Assembly (NCBI GenBank): GCA_010093605.1
Contig: MU004194.1
Coordinates: forward strand, 1,278,323 to 1,342,322
Direction of reading: 5' to 3'
From: Lophium mytilinum
Lineage: Eukaryota
DNA length: 64,000 nucleotides
Part shown: in pieces, positions 1-12,900 of the stretch
Position numbering within the stretch: position 1 is the stretch's first letter
Layout of the letters: every line of letters begins with the position of its first letter
Notes under the pieces: generated by a model
Seen by the model: the letters and a program-made list of their open reading frames with translations, nothing else
Told to the model about the DNA's origin: nothing
Databases searched by the model: none
Position numbers and translations under genes: made by a program

Positions 1-1910
1 GAAGTGTCGTCTGCGACTAGTGACATTACAGCAGTAATAGTGCCGGGATCTGACCTCAGTTGCCTTGGCCTTGTGAATGAGAGGTAAAGAAGCGCAATTG
101 CAAACACGGATACTACACCAAGCAGACCCTCAACAACGTATGTGAAGGCAGGAACGAGAATGACTGCTCCAGTCTTATATTCACGCGTCCCAATCGTGCC
201 AGCTGTGGTGGCCCAGCTAGTATTGAGCACGTCAACCATCGCACGCGCAAATATTAGTCTATACGCCGATTCGTAAGCGCGTCCTAGTATCTGCGGGTCT
301 AGGTATTCTTCCAGCGAGTGGTCGGAAGCTCCGATCATGAATGCAGCCATAAATGGAAGATCTGCCCCGCCGATTGATTGGGAAAGGTTCATAGAGGAAA
401 TACGCTCGATCTGAGATGGCCATGTTCGTGAGGGCATATCTCCTCTGACTAGTGCCTCTTCACCAGCGCTATTCATTCGGCTTTCAAGCACGCTGGTGTT
501 GTAGATCGCCGGTGAAATTGGGCTCTTCGGTCCTATTGGATTGGCTTTGACCGGATGCTGAAGCGGGACGGTCACCATGGCTTCAACTTCTTGCGAATAG
601 TACTTTGGCTCGCAGAAAATGGTAGTGAGTTGCTCCGGTGGGTCTGACGCCAGTCTCTTATTTCGGGTAAAAGCGGCGTAGAACGTGTGGTTGGCCTCCA
701 CTGGACAGGAGCCGTCAGAGAGATAATAGTCCGCCTCTCCAATGTAGTTCCAGTAGCCAACATAAAACGTCGAGAACTCTTTGACCTCCAAAACCGCGTT
801 GCCACCAATTGTATTATTCCCAGTGAGCCCGAGATTTGTTGGAAAGCGGCATCCATTACTGCTGGTGTAGTATTCGGTCTCGTTGATCATTTTGCGCTTT
901 CCCTCTTGACAAAACAGGTCCAGGCCATACGAAGTGGTTTTAGCGCTCCAAGTCTCCTGATAGCCATATGCTGGCTGAGATTGTGTCTTGAAAGGGGCGA
1001 GGGTAAGCAAGCGGCTCATGTATGGGGGAAGCGTTTCGTTTAGCCAAGTTATGCCGAAGACAGACTGCATGTATTGTGTCGTAACAATCTCTTTCTGCTG
1101 GTCTAGGGAAAGAGGACCAGTAGGTACGAGCATAGGAACCTCCGAAGACTTCGTAACGGTGCTTGTCGCAAATATGCCTGCTTGTATGGGGACAAGCCCC
1201 CACGTTATCATGACCATTACCGTCGATGCCCAGAAGACCGGCCAATGGCTAAAGAAACGTCAGTGGGGGTTCAAGAATCATCGAAATGGGCCTTACCGAT
1301 TTCTCATCGCTCGTATGGGCACAAATGGAATGAAATCAAACGGGTAATGTAGCATCAAGGAATCTTTTCCGAAGGCCCCTTCGGACTTGGATAGTTGGTA
1401 GTAGGGCTCAAGTCGCTTAGTCTCCAAATCAATCCAGCTCCAGAATAGACTGTAAACGACAGCAATAACTGTCGGGAAGTACAAATATAGGAACGAGCAG
1501 CTGAGCGGTAGTTCGCTCGTATTAGCAGCAAAGATGATACCACTATCGCGTTGCGACTTGGCCAGGAGCAATTGTAGAACGATGATTAGGGCCCATGATA
1601 TTAAGACAGCACACGCCAGAATAGGTGCTCTAAGTGCGAACGGCTTCCACGGAGAACAATTGATGTCTGTAAGCGTAATTAGCTTAGATGATTTAGGTAG
1701 AGGTTGTCAAATACCTCCGCTGGCAGTACGTTTCATGGTTGCAAAACGAGATAAATCTGTCAATGTCCTCCATAACGGACGCTGTAGAGACGAGGGCGAC
1801 TGGTCTGACGGCGACTCAGTTGTTTGGCGAGTTCCCTGGCATGTTCCCGATTCATTGAGATAGTGTATTCCAACAGAGTCCTCGTTATAGCGGGTGATTG
1901 TCCGATCCAT
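1..1910 (-). CDS. DUF3433-type multi-pass membrane protein (3' end runs off the window start)
   Basis: ATG at 1910, introns near 1667-1714 and 1249-1296; spliced frame reads WKPFALRAPILA...YLYFPTVIAVVYSLFWSWIDLETKRLEPYYQLSK...DSLMLHYPFDF...HWPVFWASTVMVMITWGLVPIQAGIF and has no stop in the ORF track before position 1. Confidence 0.75.
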
Positions 1911-2985
1911 AGATAGTAATATACCTGGTAGGTAAAGACGTGTACAAATAGAGAAAAGAGATCAAACAACAAACGTCAATTCAAACGAAAGACACGAGCA
2001 GCAGGTTCGGAGAATTGATAGCATTGAGGCAAGAAACACGCCTAGAGGTACTTGTCCTATGTATGAGACGTGAGAATGCGGCACAGCCATGCAGCCGCTG
2101 CCAACACATGTAACCGCCGCAAGTTCGCATGGCTCCATTTCATTCGCCAGCATCACCAAAAATAACCTTAATTGCCCGAGAGATCGTTACGCTACCAGGA
2201 TATGATCTGCTAGGAACCAAAGTCCTGGAAGTGGTTGAGATTCGTCTCTTTGCACGCTTCAAGGCGCTCTGGCCATAGAAGCGGCTTCAATAAGTGGAAA
2301 GCGAGCGGCATGTCAACTGGCGTTGGAGTGAACGCTACCTCGCTGACACGAGTATGAACGTCAATGGCATAAGCAATGGACGACAATGAACATCCAGACA
2401 GTGGTAAGAGGTTGCTGTGCCGCCCGCAGACCGTGTTTCAGTTTGAGCAGCCGCTGGGGAAGAAGTACTAATTCAAGATGGTTCGGGCCTAGGCGAGGCA
2501 GACTAGAGATTTGCAAGTAGTTCGGAAACGACTGATAGATGCATGCAAGGTGGTAATGGCCGAAGGTACAAAGGGTAAAGTTAGAGGCACTGCCATTGGC
2601 CTTGTTACATGCGGCGAAGCTCTTCGTAATCCGATCATTCCGTGGAGGGCTATGGCAATGTGGGCCTACGAAGACGACTTGATTGTAGTCGATGCAGTTC
2701 TTGAGGTGCTCGTCAAGAACAGTGCGGAATGCTGATGAAGCATGAGTGGTGAATGGGTGCAGCGGAGTTCACGCACCAGGCCGTAGGGCTGAGAAATTCG
2801 GCGCTAGTGGAGGACAATCCTAACGGCGGACCGGACGGGAGTCATGTTCCAAGGATGAGATTTTTGAGCCATAGCTAAACATCCTCTGCACTCAACACCA
2901 CTCTGCCATGCCATGAATCTTTCCAGCTCATTGGCACAGGCACACCTGCCAGTATCCATATCCTTACCGCCACAGCCCGCCGCTC

Positions 2986-3172
2986 ATTTGTCGAATTCAA
3001 AATAGCACAGAACACTTGGCGTTTTTTTCTCGGCGTTCCTCACTAAAATTTATATAAGAATTGTAGGGAGCACTACCTAATTAAATATTAACCTTTTAAC
3101 GTCCCCTATATAATAATAAGTAAGGTTTCTTACCTATACTATATAACTACTTACTAATATTTTTCTAGTATT
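2986..3172 (+). repeat. Left terminal inverted repeat (187 bp)
   Basis: Ungapped reverse-complement match to 15833-16019; 12 mismatches by manual count, all transitions. Confidence 0.95.
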
Positions 3173-3199
3173 ATAGTATTCCTACTAACTACCTATAGT

Positions 3200-5120
3200 A
3201 ATAGAAGACGCGTTTTCTTCGCGCCTAATAACGCGCCTAATACCCCCTCTATTTATATAAGTCTAAGGACTACTACTATAGTAAGTATACTAAAGGGTAC
3301 GCCTAAGCCTATAAAGGCTACGCCTAAGCCTATAAAGACTATACTAAAGCCTATAAAGGCTGCGCTAAAGCCTATAAAGCTAAAGGCTATACTAAAGAGA
3401 AAGCCGCCTCTAGCGCGTATATAGACGCCCTCTATAAAGGCTAGAGCGTTAGTATAGTAGAATATATTACTAGATATACTAAGTAGCCCTCTAAGAGTTA
3501 AAGAGGGCCCTATTAAGGTAGATATAAGTAGTAATAAAGGCTAGAAAGGTTCTAAGAATATAGAAATAGGCGGCGAGAAGGGCCCTAAAAAGGTAGATTT
3601 AACGGCTATTAGTTCTATAGAGGCGTAGGCTTATTATAGTATTAAAAGAACTACTAGCGGCGTATTAACTAGCGCCGGCGCTAGTATCTAGTACTATATT
3701 AAAGAGGTGGAAGAAAAGGTTAATAACTTTCTAGTTACTCTATTCTATCTTCTCTATATTAATAGTAAGAAGGTTAGTAGTAGGTAGCTAGAGAACTTAA
3801 CCTAGTTTACTCTTAATACTAAAAACCTAGAGGTTAAGCTAGATATAATAGTAACTATAGCGTAGATTAATAGTAACTATAAGAAAGAGTATAAGGTTAT
3901 CTAGCGCACTACTATTATTTATATAATAAAGGGGACTAGAGGTTTTCTTAGTTATAATATAGCTAACTTCTTACTCTTAGAGTTCTAGTAGGTATTCTAT
4001 ATACTTAATTTAAAGCGGAAGAATTATTTAAAGGCTACTATTTCTATAATATTTAAATATAAGTTAATATATAATCTACTACCGCCGCTATTAAAGAAGA
4101 GAAAGAAAGTAGAGGTGCTATTATTATTGCTATTAGGCACGCCAACTACTAATAGATTCTATAGCGGAAGCGGGCCTTGCACTACTAAGCTATTAAAGTA
4201 GCAGGCAGTTTATTTAGAGTTAATTTAAGAGTCTAGCCGCCTATAGACTAGTATACTATTACTATATAAGTATATAAATAATACCTACTCTAATATAGGT
4301 AACCTATACTAGGTTAATAATAATTAAAAGTACTATATATTACTTATAAGGTACTACTAGGCGTAGATAGATATAATTACTTAGAGTAAGGCTATAATTA
4401 CTAAGCCGCCTAATAAAGTATATAAAGATCTTACTAGAGAGGGCCTAGTTAAAAAAGATTACTAGCGCACTATAAAGTTAAATTAGGCGCAGAAGTCTAA
4501 AGATAAGATAGCTAGAATATTTAATATAATAGAGCGCTTAATAGAGCTCTAGATATAGTAGAAAGGTATAGAGATAGTAGATTAGATAGTATTATAAAGT
4601 ACTCCTTCTTAAAGCGCTTCTTCTTCTTCTTTTTCTTCTTCTATATAATCTTAGTATAGCCTTTCTCTATAGGCTCTATAGATATATATATAGCTTTTCT
4701 CCCCTCTACTACTTATACTATAGAGTTATTCTTAGCCTACGCCTACGCCTTAGCCCCTAATATAGCCGCCGCCGTAGTATATCTCCTCTAGCTAAGTAGC
4801 GCTAGCGGTACGTTCTTATAGCTTAAGCCTAGTATACCTAGAGAAAGATGCTAATACGCTTAAGTTCTTTTTTTTCTAGAAGGTTAGAGCTATTATAAAT
4901 GTAGGTATAAAGTAGTAGTAGTAGCACGCTATATAGATTATTATTAATTAGGTATAGAATATTAATTTTCTTTAGTAGATGCAGGATAGATTCTTAGAGA
5001 TATATTATATAGCTCTAGCTCTAGGGCTATTAAATAGAATAGTAATATAGTTTATAAGAAAGCTATATAACTTTAAGAACCTATATAGGTAAAAGAAGGC
5101 CGCGTTAGAGGTATTAACTA
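3200..5120 (+). pseudogene. RIP-destroyed accessory ORF1 of the Tc1 element (~640 codons, approximate ends)
   Basis: Reverting TAG/TAA/ATA-type RIP changes gives Lys/Pro repeats, a C..C.N...CW...HH.L...W...I..G.A...PP motif (~4265-4410), a Ser/Pro/Gln-rich linker and an SSP...FF.W...W...W.I...GL.DG...F...L..FK C-terminus. Confidence 0.65.
3299..3379 (+). repeat. Four 21-bp tandem repeats (ACGCCTAAGCCTATAAAGGCT-like), in frame in ORF1 (TPKPxKA-like)
   Basis: Units begin at 3299, 3320, 3341 and 3362. Confidence 0.85.
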
Positions 5121-5370
5121 TACTAGAAGAAGGCGGAGTAAGTTAGAATAGGCGTAGAATATAGAAGAGAGTTAGAATATAGTTAGGCATTTAGAAGCTA
5201 GTTAAATAGAGTAATTAGTATTATTCTATACTATTATAGTTCTATATATATTATATATAGCCTATATAGCCTTTCTATTTTAGTTTTTCTATTTTAAATT
5301 AGGGGCATTATAATATGGGGCTTAAGTATTAGTATAGGCGAAATATAAAAATATATCTTAATATTATGCA

Positions 5371-5536
5371 GCTTAAGTATTAGTAGTAAGAATCTTATTT
5401 TAATATTTTATAGCTTAAGTATTAGTAGTAAGGATCTTATTTTAAGGCTTAAGTATTAGCGTAGGGTAAATTTTCTTTACGCTAATACTTAAGCCTTAAA
5501 ATATTAAAATAAGATTCTTACTACTAATACTTAAGC
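5371..5536. repeat. Compound palindrome built from GCTTAAGTATTAG units
   Basis: Perfect 40-bp inverted pair 5371-5410/5497-5536; perfect 26-bp arms 5438-5463/5478-5503 around a 14-nt loop. Confidence 0.9.
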
Positions 5537-5749
5537 CTTATATTAGATTATATATAGAGTATATATAAAATAGAAAGGCTATATAGAAATAGAATCTATT
5601 ACTTTATTATATATTAGTAAATATAAGTCTAAATTATATAAATAGATAGCTAAATTACGCGTCTAGACATATATATTTATATCCGCGTGCTAGATATATA
5701 GAAGTATTAATTAGTAGTAATAGAACTTAGAAGTAATAGTTATAGTTTC

Positions 5750-6564
5750 TAAGTATATAGTTAGATAGGCTTAATTCTCTATCTACTTCTTTCTTCTAGT
5801 ATAACTAGCTCTAGACTTTAAAGCCTGCTTAAACGCTACTATATCTCCTATAGTATTAACCTAAGTATAGCACTTACTTTTAACTCTATACGCACTATAT
5901 TTACTACCTAGATTATTATTAGTATAGAAATTAATATTATACTAATAATAGCCCCTAGTAGATATATTCTAGGCGCACTCTAGATATATACTATAGGCTA
6001 GGCCCGCCTAATTCTAGCTATATTAGCTATTAATAAGCTCTATATAGGTAAGCTTAGCGCAGCGGAAGCGCTCTTAGAGAGCTATAGTAATAGTAAAGAA
6101 GCTAAGGGCGGCAGTAAAGTTATTAGCATACTAAGAGGGAGTTAGTAGGCCTAGAATAATAGTAATAGTAAGAGAAGAGAGTAGGTAGTAAGTGTAGCGC
6201 TTTCTATATAAATAGGTTAGCTAAATTCTTAAGCTACTATACTAGAAATTATATATAGTAGAGGGGGATTAGTTTTTTCTTCTTTTTTCTTATTTTTATT
6301 CTTCTTCTAATTAGGCACGTTATAGATATCTCTATTAATAGTAAGAGTAGAAAGGGGGTATATAGGCCTACTATATACTATATAAAGCCTCTAAGGGCTA
6401 GAATTCTCTAGGCTCTTACTAGAGGAAGCTTCTAGCTTCTTATTTTTAGCTTAAACGCCTATTATCTCCTTTTTAATAGAGAGTAGCTTAGCTACTACTA
6501 CCTATATTACTAGAGGATCCGGGCAAACTCTAAGGGGCCTAAAGGGTGCGCTAAAGGGGTGCAT
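5750..6564 (-). pseudogene. Putative RIP-destroyed accessory ORF2 (3' part; 5' part probably ~14427-14560, split off by the Gypsy insertion)
   Basis: Minus strand shows coding-like Glu/Lys-rich and de-RIP CxxC..K.C-like stretches and ends in the same 3' module as the other two element genes; frame not fully reconstructed. Confidence 0.4.
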
Positions 6565-6766
6565 TATTATAGACTATGAGAGGCAAGGCACGGAGCACGG
6601 TGTTAAATAAGAAATAGGGTGTATTTATAAAGATAAAGTCGCGTAGAGGTAGAGGTTCTACGCGGCGTAGGCTAAATATAGGCTGGAGGTGTAAAACCGC
6701 GCTAGCGCACGGGCTTATATAATGTAGCCGAGGGCACGTAATATATGCGGAGCTAGATCCGTTACA
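6565..6766 (-). repeat. 3' LTR
   Basis: Ungapped match to 14225-14426; 19 differences by manual count, all transitions. Confidence 0.95.
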
Positions 6767-6959
6767 CTACCCCCCTAAAATAAAGAAGGAAGGCTATAGA
6801 AAGGAAAGGCTATATAGTAAGGCTATAGACTAAGGAAATAAATACTAAGGAAATGTAGTTATAAGTAATTAGATAAAAATTGCGCGAGGAAGGGGCGTAC
6901 TTATAGTGTTACGAAGGTAGGCGTTTCTATTAAGACAGCTCGGCTAGCTAGGTGCGGCG

Positions 6960-9900
6960 GAGGATCCGGGTCTTAGTTAAGTTGTGAATAACGTCGTAAT
7001 ATTACTGCGCAAGGTGTGCAAACGTAGTCGGTAAACGCGCGCGTTGCGGATCGTAAGTGCGCGCTTATTAAGGACCTGTTGCTAATTGGGGTTGGGCCTA
7101 AAGCCTGGATGAGGGCCGTCGGCGTTGGGGTAATAGTGATAGAACTTGCTAATAAGCTTATTGGCGCCGTACTTGCTAAAGTTAGTCTAGTTCTGCTATA
7201 TCTATGGCTTAGTATAACCTTTGTACTAGGCGCGGTATTATAGTTTGCGACCGTGGCGGCCGCGTTATAACTAGCGGCTGTCCGCAATGAAATTAATTGG
7301 CTATGCGTTGACGCGATCTTATTTATTGTTAGTTATTCTATGGGGGTCAACGACCTGTATAGGCGGGGGTAGTAGTGGGTTCTATTCTAGCATGGGCCTA
7401 GGTTTAAACAGGTAGAGAAGGTAAGAATAAAAGATATTATGCGTGCAACGTCCTTTAAGTAACGTTCCTGTAAAGTCGAGTTGGAAGGCGTAACCCTAAT
7501 TAATAACCTTAGTAATGCGGAAAGGACTAAGGTTCTTATAATTAAGTAAGCGATTGGGGTGTTGGGTCTTAATATTGCGCGCGTTAAGCTAGACTAGGTT
7601 ATCTACTTTAAGATGTGGTGGCGGTTAGCAATGTTAATTAGTAAAGTAAGCCTATGCTGCTGTAGCCTACGTAATAGCGTTGCAACATTCTTTAAGTATG
7701 TTCTTTATCTAGTCGGCGTGTTAATCCGCAAGTAGTTGTTTATCACGCGCAGCGGCGCGGCCGGTAACTAGTGTAGCTGGCTTAATACCTAACCGTAGGT
7801 GGAAGCCGCGGGTAGCGAAGAAGGGAGTAAAGCCTGTCGAGGCTAATTTATAGTTATTGACTACAAATTTACTAAGGGGAAGATAGTTAACCCAGTTATC
7901 TTGCTAGTATAAAATAAATTAACGTAGGTAGGCTTTTATAATAGAGTTCGCGTTTTTAGTCTAGCTATTAGTTTTAGAATGGAAAGCGGTGGAAAACTTA
8001 GGCTTAACGCCGAGTCGTTTATATAGGCGGCGCCATACGGCGGACATAAATTGCGCGCTGCGATTGCTAATAATTACTTTAGGTAAGCCGTGTAGTTAAA
8101 ATACTTCGCGGATAAAGGCGTTAGTAACGTCCTTAATAGTGTCGCCCGTTATAGAAATATAGTGGCGTTTCTTAGAGAGTTAGTTAACTACGATAAGAAT
8201 AAGCGTGTACGTTTATCTATTTTACGTGTAAGGAGGCAGATCTATAATAAAATCTATGGTAATCTTGGTCTATTACTTATCTAGTGTGTTAAGGCTGCGG
8301 AGTAGTTCTTACTATTTGTCTCGGAAAGCTTTTGCTCGGCGGCAGCCGTAATAGGCACCCGTGTAGCGCTTAATATCTTTGCGGAAGTTGGGCCAGAAGT
8401 AGTAGCGTTAAAGTAGCTTATAGAAGCCGTGCTTGCCAGGATGGCCGGTAACAGGAGTATCGTGAGATAGGCTAAGCAGCTTAGTGCGCAGCTGGTCGTG
8501 GGCTGGCACGTATAGACGGTTGTAATAGTATAGTTAGTCGTCCCGTATTTTAAAGCTGTTAATATTAAGGTTGCTAATGAGGTTATAGAGGGCTTTTAGG
8601 ATGGAGCGGGCGCCGCTCTAGATAACGTCTATAAGCTCGTATAGTATAGGGTCGTATAGGGGTTGGCGTGCGTAGGCCTTATTAATAAGGTGTTATAGAT
8701 CGTCGTTGTTGTGGTTAATATTGTTGTCGTTATTACCTTAAACTGGCTGTGCTGCGATGACCTCGTTAGCGGCTACAATGTCCTCGTCAGCTAACGGAGC
8801 TGCAAAAATCTCGTCAGCGTTGCCGGGTAGCGCCGCGATAGCCTCGTTAGCGCTTCCGTCGCCGTCGCCGTTGTCACTGGCACGGTCGTGGCTGCGCAGC
8901 CTGGCGGGGGCGAGTCGAAGGGGTGAGAGGAAGAGAGAATGTATTTAGAGAGAGGATTGTAGTAAGGTTGTTAGAAGAGGCTTAAGTAGTTCGGTGCACG
9001 GGTAAAGTGCGTTGAACGGCCCGTGGGCGCCGGGCTTACTTAGCTTAGCGTTGTTGAGTGAGAGTAATTTACTGTTCGGCGTAACTCCCGGTCCAAGGTT
9101 ATAAGATTTAAGTACGGTTTAACGTTGAAATTAATTCCGTGGATTATTAGGCCCGTGAGGTAGGTCTTATAAACGCCGCGTGAGGCTATTAGGCTTACCG
9201 CCTAGTATACTAGGGCGGTAGATAATCTTAAAGTTAAACCCGGCGAGGAATTTAGCCTAACGGGCTTAACATTAATTAAGCTTCTTAGTAGTTATAAACT
9301 ACTTAAGATTATAGTAATCTATAAGGATATTAGTTGGGTCTATAGAGTTAGTACTTGCAAGCTCGGGTCTCTATTCTTTAAAGGCCTTAACTATGGCAAG
9401 GAGTTCTTTATTATAGATCTTGTAGTTGTACTTAGCTAGTAATATCTTAGAAGAAAAGAAGGCAACTAGGTGTAGAAGGCTATTAGGCCTAATTTAGGAT
9501 ATGACGCCGGCTATTACATAATTAGAAGCGTTAGTTTTAAGGAAAACCTTCTTACTATACTAGAAGTGCATAAGAATAGGTGCTTCTATAAATACTCTTT
9601 TAAGCGCGCGGAAGCCTTTTTTATAGGCTTCTATCTATAAGAAACGGGGTTTCTTCTATCCTTCTTAGAGCTTTATTATGTCGGTAAGAGGTTTAATAAT
9701 ACATAAGAAGCCGTGGATAAATCGCCGGTAGAAATTGGATAGCCTAATAAAGGCTTGGACGTCCTTAATATAGGTTAGGGTGTTCTACTTAAGAATGGCG
9801 GCAACTTTCTCTAGATCTATCTAAATTCCTTTAGTGGAAATAATTAGTCCTAAGTAGGTAACCTCTTTTTAATTAAACGCGCATTTAGATAAGTTAATGT

Positions 9901-12900
9901 GTAAGCCTGCTGCCTTTAAGCGCTTAAGGATAGCGGCTACATAGGCCTTGTAATCTTCTTTTAAACCTCCCGTGTAAATAAGAATATTATCTAGGTATGC
10001 TGTGTAGAATTTATTAAGGAAATTGTGTAGTATTTAATTAATAAAGAATTAAAACGTCCCGGGTCCTTCTGTAACGCTAAAGGGTATAATAAGGGACTTG
10101 TATTTACTATAACGTGTTGTAAAGGCGGTCTTGTATTTATATTCTGGGGCCATGCGGACTTTATTAAAGGCGGCAATAATGTCTAGTTTAGTAAACTATT
10201 TAGCTTTTTCTAGCCGGTGAAGAGTTTCTTGCATGAGTAGAATTAGGTACTATATTTTAATAGTAAGTGCGTTGACAGCTCTATAATTAACGTAGAACCG
10301 TACACCCCCGCCCGGTTTATAGATAAGGAGGATGGGGGAGAAGACTTATAATTGCGAGCGTCTAATATAGCCTTTAGCTAGATTGTTATTAAGCTATTTC
10401 TTAACAACTTGGAGCTTGTTAGCGGATATAGAGTATAGTCTAGCCTTAGGTAGCTTAGTAAGGTTAACGCCGTCAACCTAATTAATTTTATAGTCGATGC
10501 CGGGTCTATATAGGGGAAGCGTGTCTGCATTAACTTAGTTAAAGATGCGGACGTACTTATAAAGACTTAGAGGGAGCTTAGCAAATGTTTTCTCTTTAGT
10601 ACAGTATTGCTTAACTTCTATAAACTTTTTAATATCGCGCATAGCTAGTTTATAGAGATAGATAGATATATTACTTATCTATATAGCCACGACTTGCAGG
10701 TAATTTAAATAGAGCAGGAAATCCTCGCCGGTATCTATAAGGTCGGCTGCGACGTATTAAGGTAAGTTATTAAGCTGGTCTCCTTTTACGGCGGCCATGC
10801 GGCGCATGGCGAGATAAGCTGTAACGCCTATACGTTTCGCGGATTTATTATTAGTATTGGACGGGTGTAGAATAAGATTGTAATTATATATAAAGTTAGA
10901 GGGCGCTAGTCCTTTAGCGTAGGTAATGGCGCTATTAGTGTTATCTATATAATAATAGTAATAGGTATAGGAGATTCTATTGCATTTTTCTTTTATAAAG
11001 TTAATCTTGCTAGTAACCTAATTAACGGCTAGATTATAGCGCTAGAACTAGCGCAGGCCTAAGATAATATTATAGTCGCCGAGGTCGGTAATATAGGCCT
11101 ATTCGCGGCTCTAATAGCCTTAAATGGCGATAGGGATAAGAGCTTTATAGGTAATCCTTTTAGCAACAGCTAAGCTGTTAGCTAATTTAAGTGTTCGTGA
11201 TTTAGATAGGGGGCGGGTAGGGAAGTTTATTTAGTGCGCGTAAGCAGTGTCTATAAATTTATTAGTTGCTCTAGTATTGCCGTAAAGGTGTTCTTTAATT
11301 ATATCTAGTGGTTGTTCTTTATAGAAACGCTGGACTTTAGCTAGAACTAGAAAGCTATAGAGGGTCTTTTTATTAGTTCGACCTGCTTGAACATTATTGC
11401 TAAGAGAGGTAGCTAAAATAACTAACCTTCTTATTCTTAACTATAACTATATAGATTCCTTGTTTTTATAGTATTAGACTACTTAAGTAATAATACGCCC
11501 TAGATCGCGACTATAATCTAGAACCGAGCATTTCCCGAGTAGCTCTAGTATTAAGATTAGCCGTATTCTATAAACGGTCCTCCCGCGCCTCTAGATAAGA
11601 TAGGAGTATTAATACCTACTTTAGTGGGAGCTAGAGTAAACGTAGTGGGGGCCGCATATATAAAAGAAGTGTACGTCGACAGGGGTGCGTATATGGACGG
11701 GGCGTACATAGATAGAGCTGGGGTTGTAATGTTATTAGGATACGTGCTAACACCTTATAGGGTAAGTGTAGAGCGCTCTATAGGGCACTGCTAGTTAGTA
11801 GATATATAACTAATAAGTCGGCAGCAGAAGTAGCGATTCTTACTTATAAGTTAATATTTTTAGTTATCCGTAAGACGGCCTAGGGCTGGGCGCTGCTAGT
11901 TAGTAGAAACGTTAATAGGGAAGTTCGTGACTTTACGTGTCTATAGTGTAGACATCTAGTAATTCTAGCTAGGCGTATTTATTGTGTTCTAGGTTTATTC
12001 TTAGCTACAGTTATTCTAGTAGCCTTAGTTCTAAGTAACCTAGTTTTAAGTGGCTTGGAACTGGCCTATCGGGGTCTAGTTAGGGGGGTTCCAGGGCTTG
12101 TTACCGCGGTAGCCTCCGCAGTAGCTATTGTTATTAGTCTAGTTGTTAGGCTGTTAGCCGTACTGTCTAGGCTAGTTATTATATTATTAGTGTGGCTGGG
12201 TATAATCTACTATAGCCTAATTAAGGAGCTAATTACAGTATGCGTTAATAACTTTATGTCCCTTCTTATAATATTTTTCTAGGACGCCCGCAGGCTTAGT
12301 AATACCGGGGCGGATCTTTACCTTAAGCGCGGTAACGTCCTAATAGTGTTTTTAATTTAGCAGTTATACTATAAGCGCTTAGTATTTTGCGTAGAATGTA
12401 TTAAAATTATTATTGCCCTGTATTAGTTAGTTGAGTTGCTAGGAAGTAATAGCTTTAGGGTTATGCGGTAGGTTCTTAACGTCGAGGCGCTTAATAGTAT
12501 TATTGAGAGTGTAAAAGGGCTAATAGCCTGTTATCCGCGCTACGTAGTTACTAAGAGGTATGCCGGTAAGGCATGTGCCTAGGAAGTAGAGGCGGAATTC
12601 TTTATTATAGCGGTAGAGACAGCTACCGTAAGTAAACTTACTAAGAATCTAGTAATGCTAGGTAATATACTTAGTTTTATCCCCATTATACTTAGGGGGG
12701 TGTGGCATAGTTTTATCCTTATTTTAATCGGCGCGTGTTCCGCAGTTAATATTGTGCGGGGGTAGTAGGGCGCTATTAGGTTCTATAAAAGGTGCAGGTG
12801 GTGTATATAGTTATGGGCCGCGAATTGGATTGTAGTTGCGGGAGTCCTTGTTATTATCGCTGTTGCTGGAATTAGAGGGGGGTCTACCGCCGCCCCCGGT

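Noticed and set aside
2370..2845. Stop-free minus-strand stretch upstream of the DUF3433 gene
   Set aside because: No suitable ATG, no recognisable motif and no clear splice link to the gene.
4600..5130. Separate minus-strand relic gene diverging from the palindrome
   Set aside because: The + strand frame continues ORF1 coherently through this interval.
5320..5536. Repeated 13-mer with spacers resembling a CRISPR array
   Set aside because: Eukaryotic RIP context, short units in both orientations, repetitive spacers and no cas genes.
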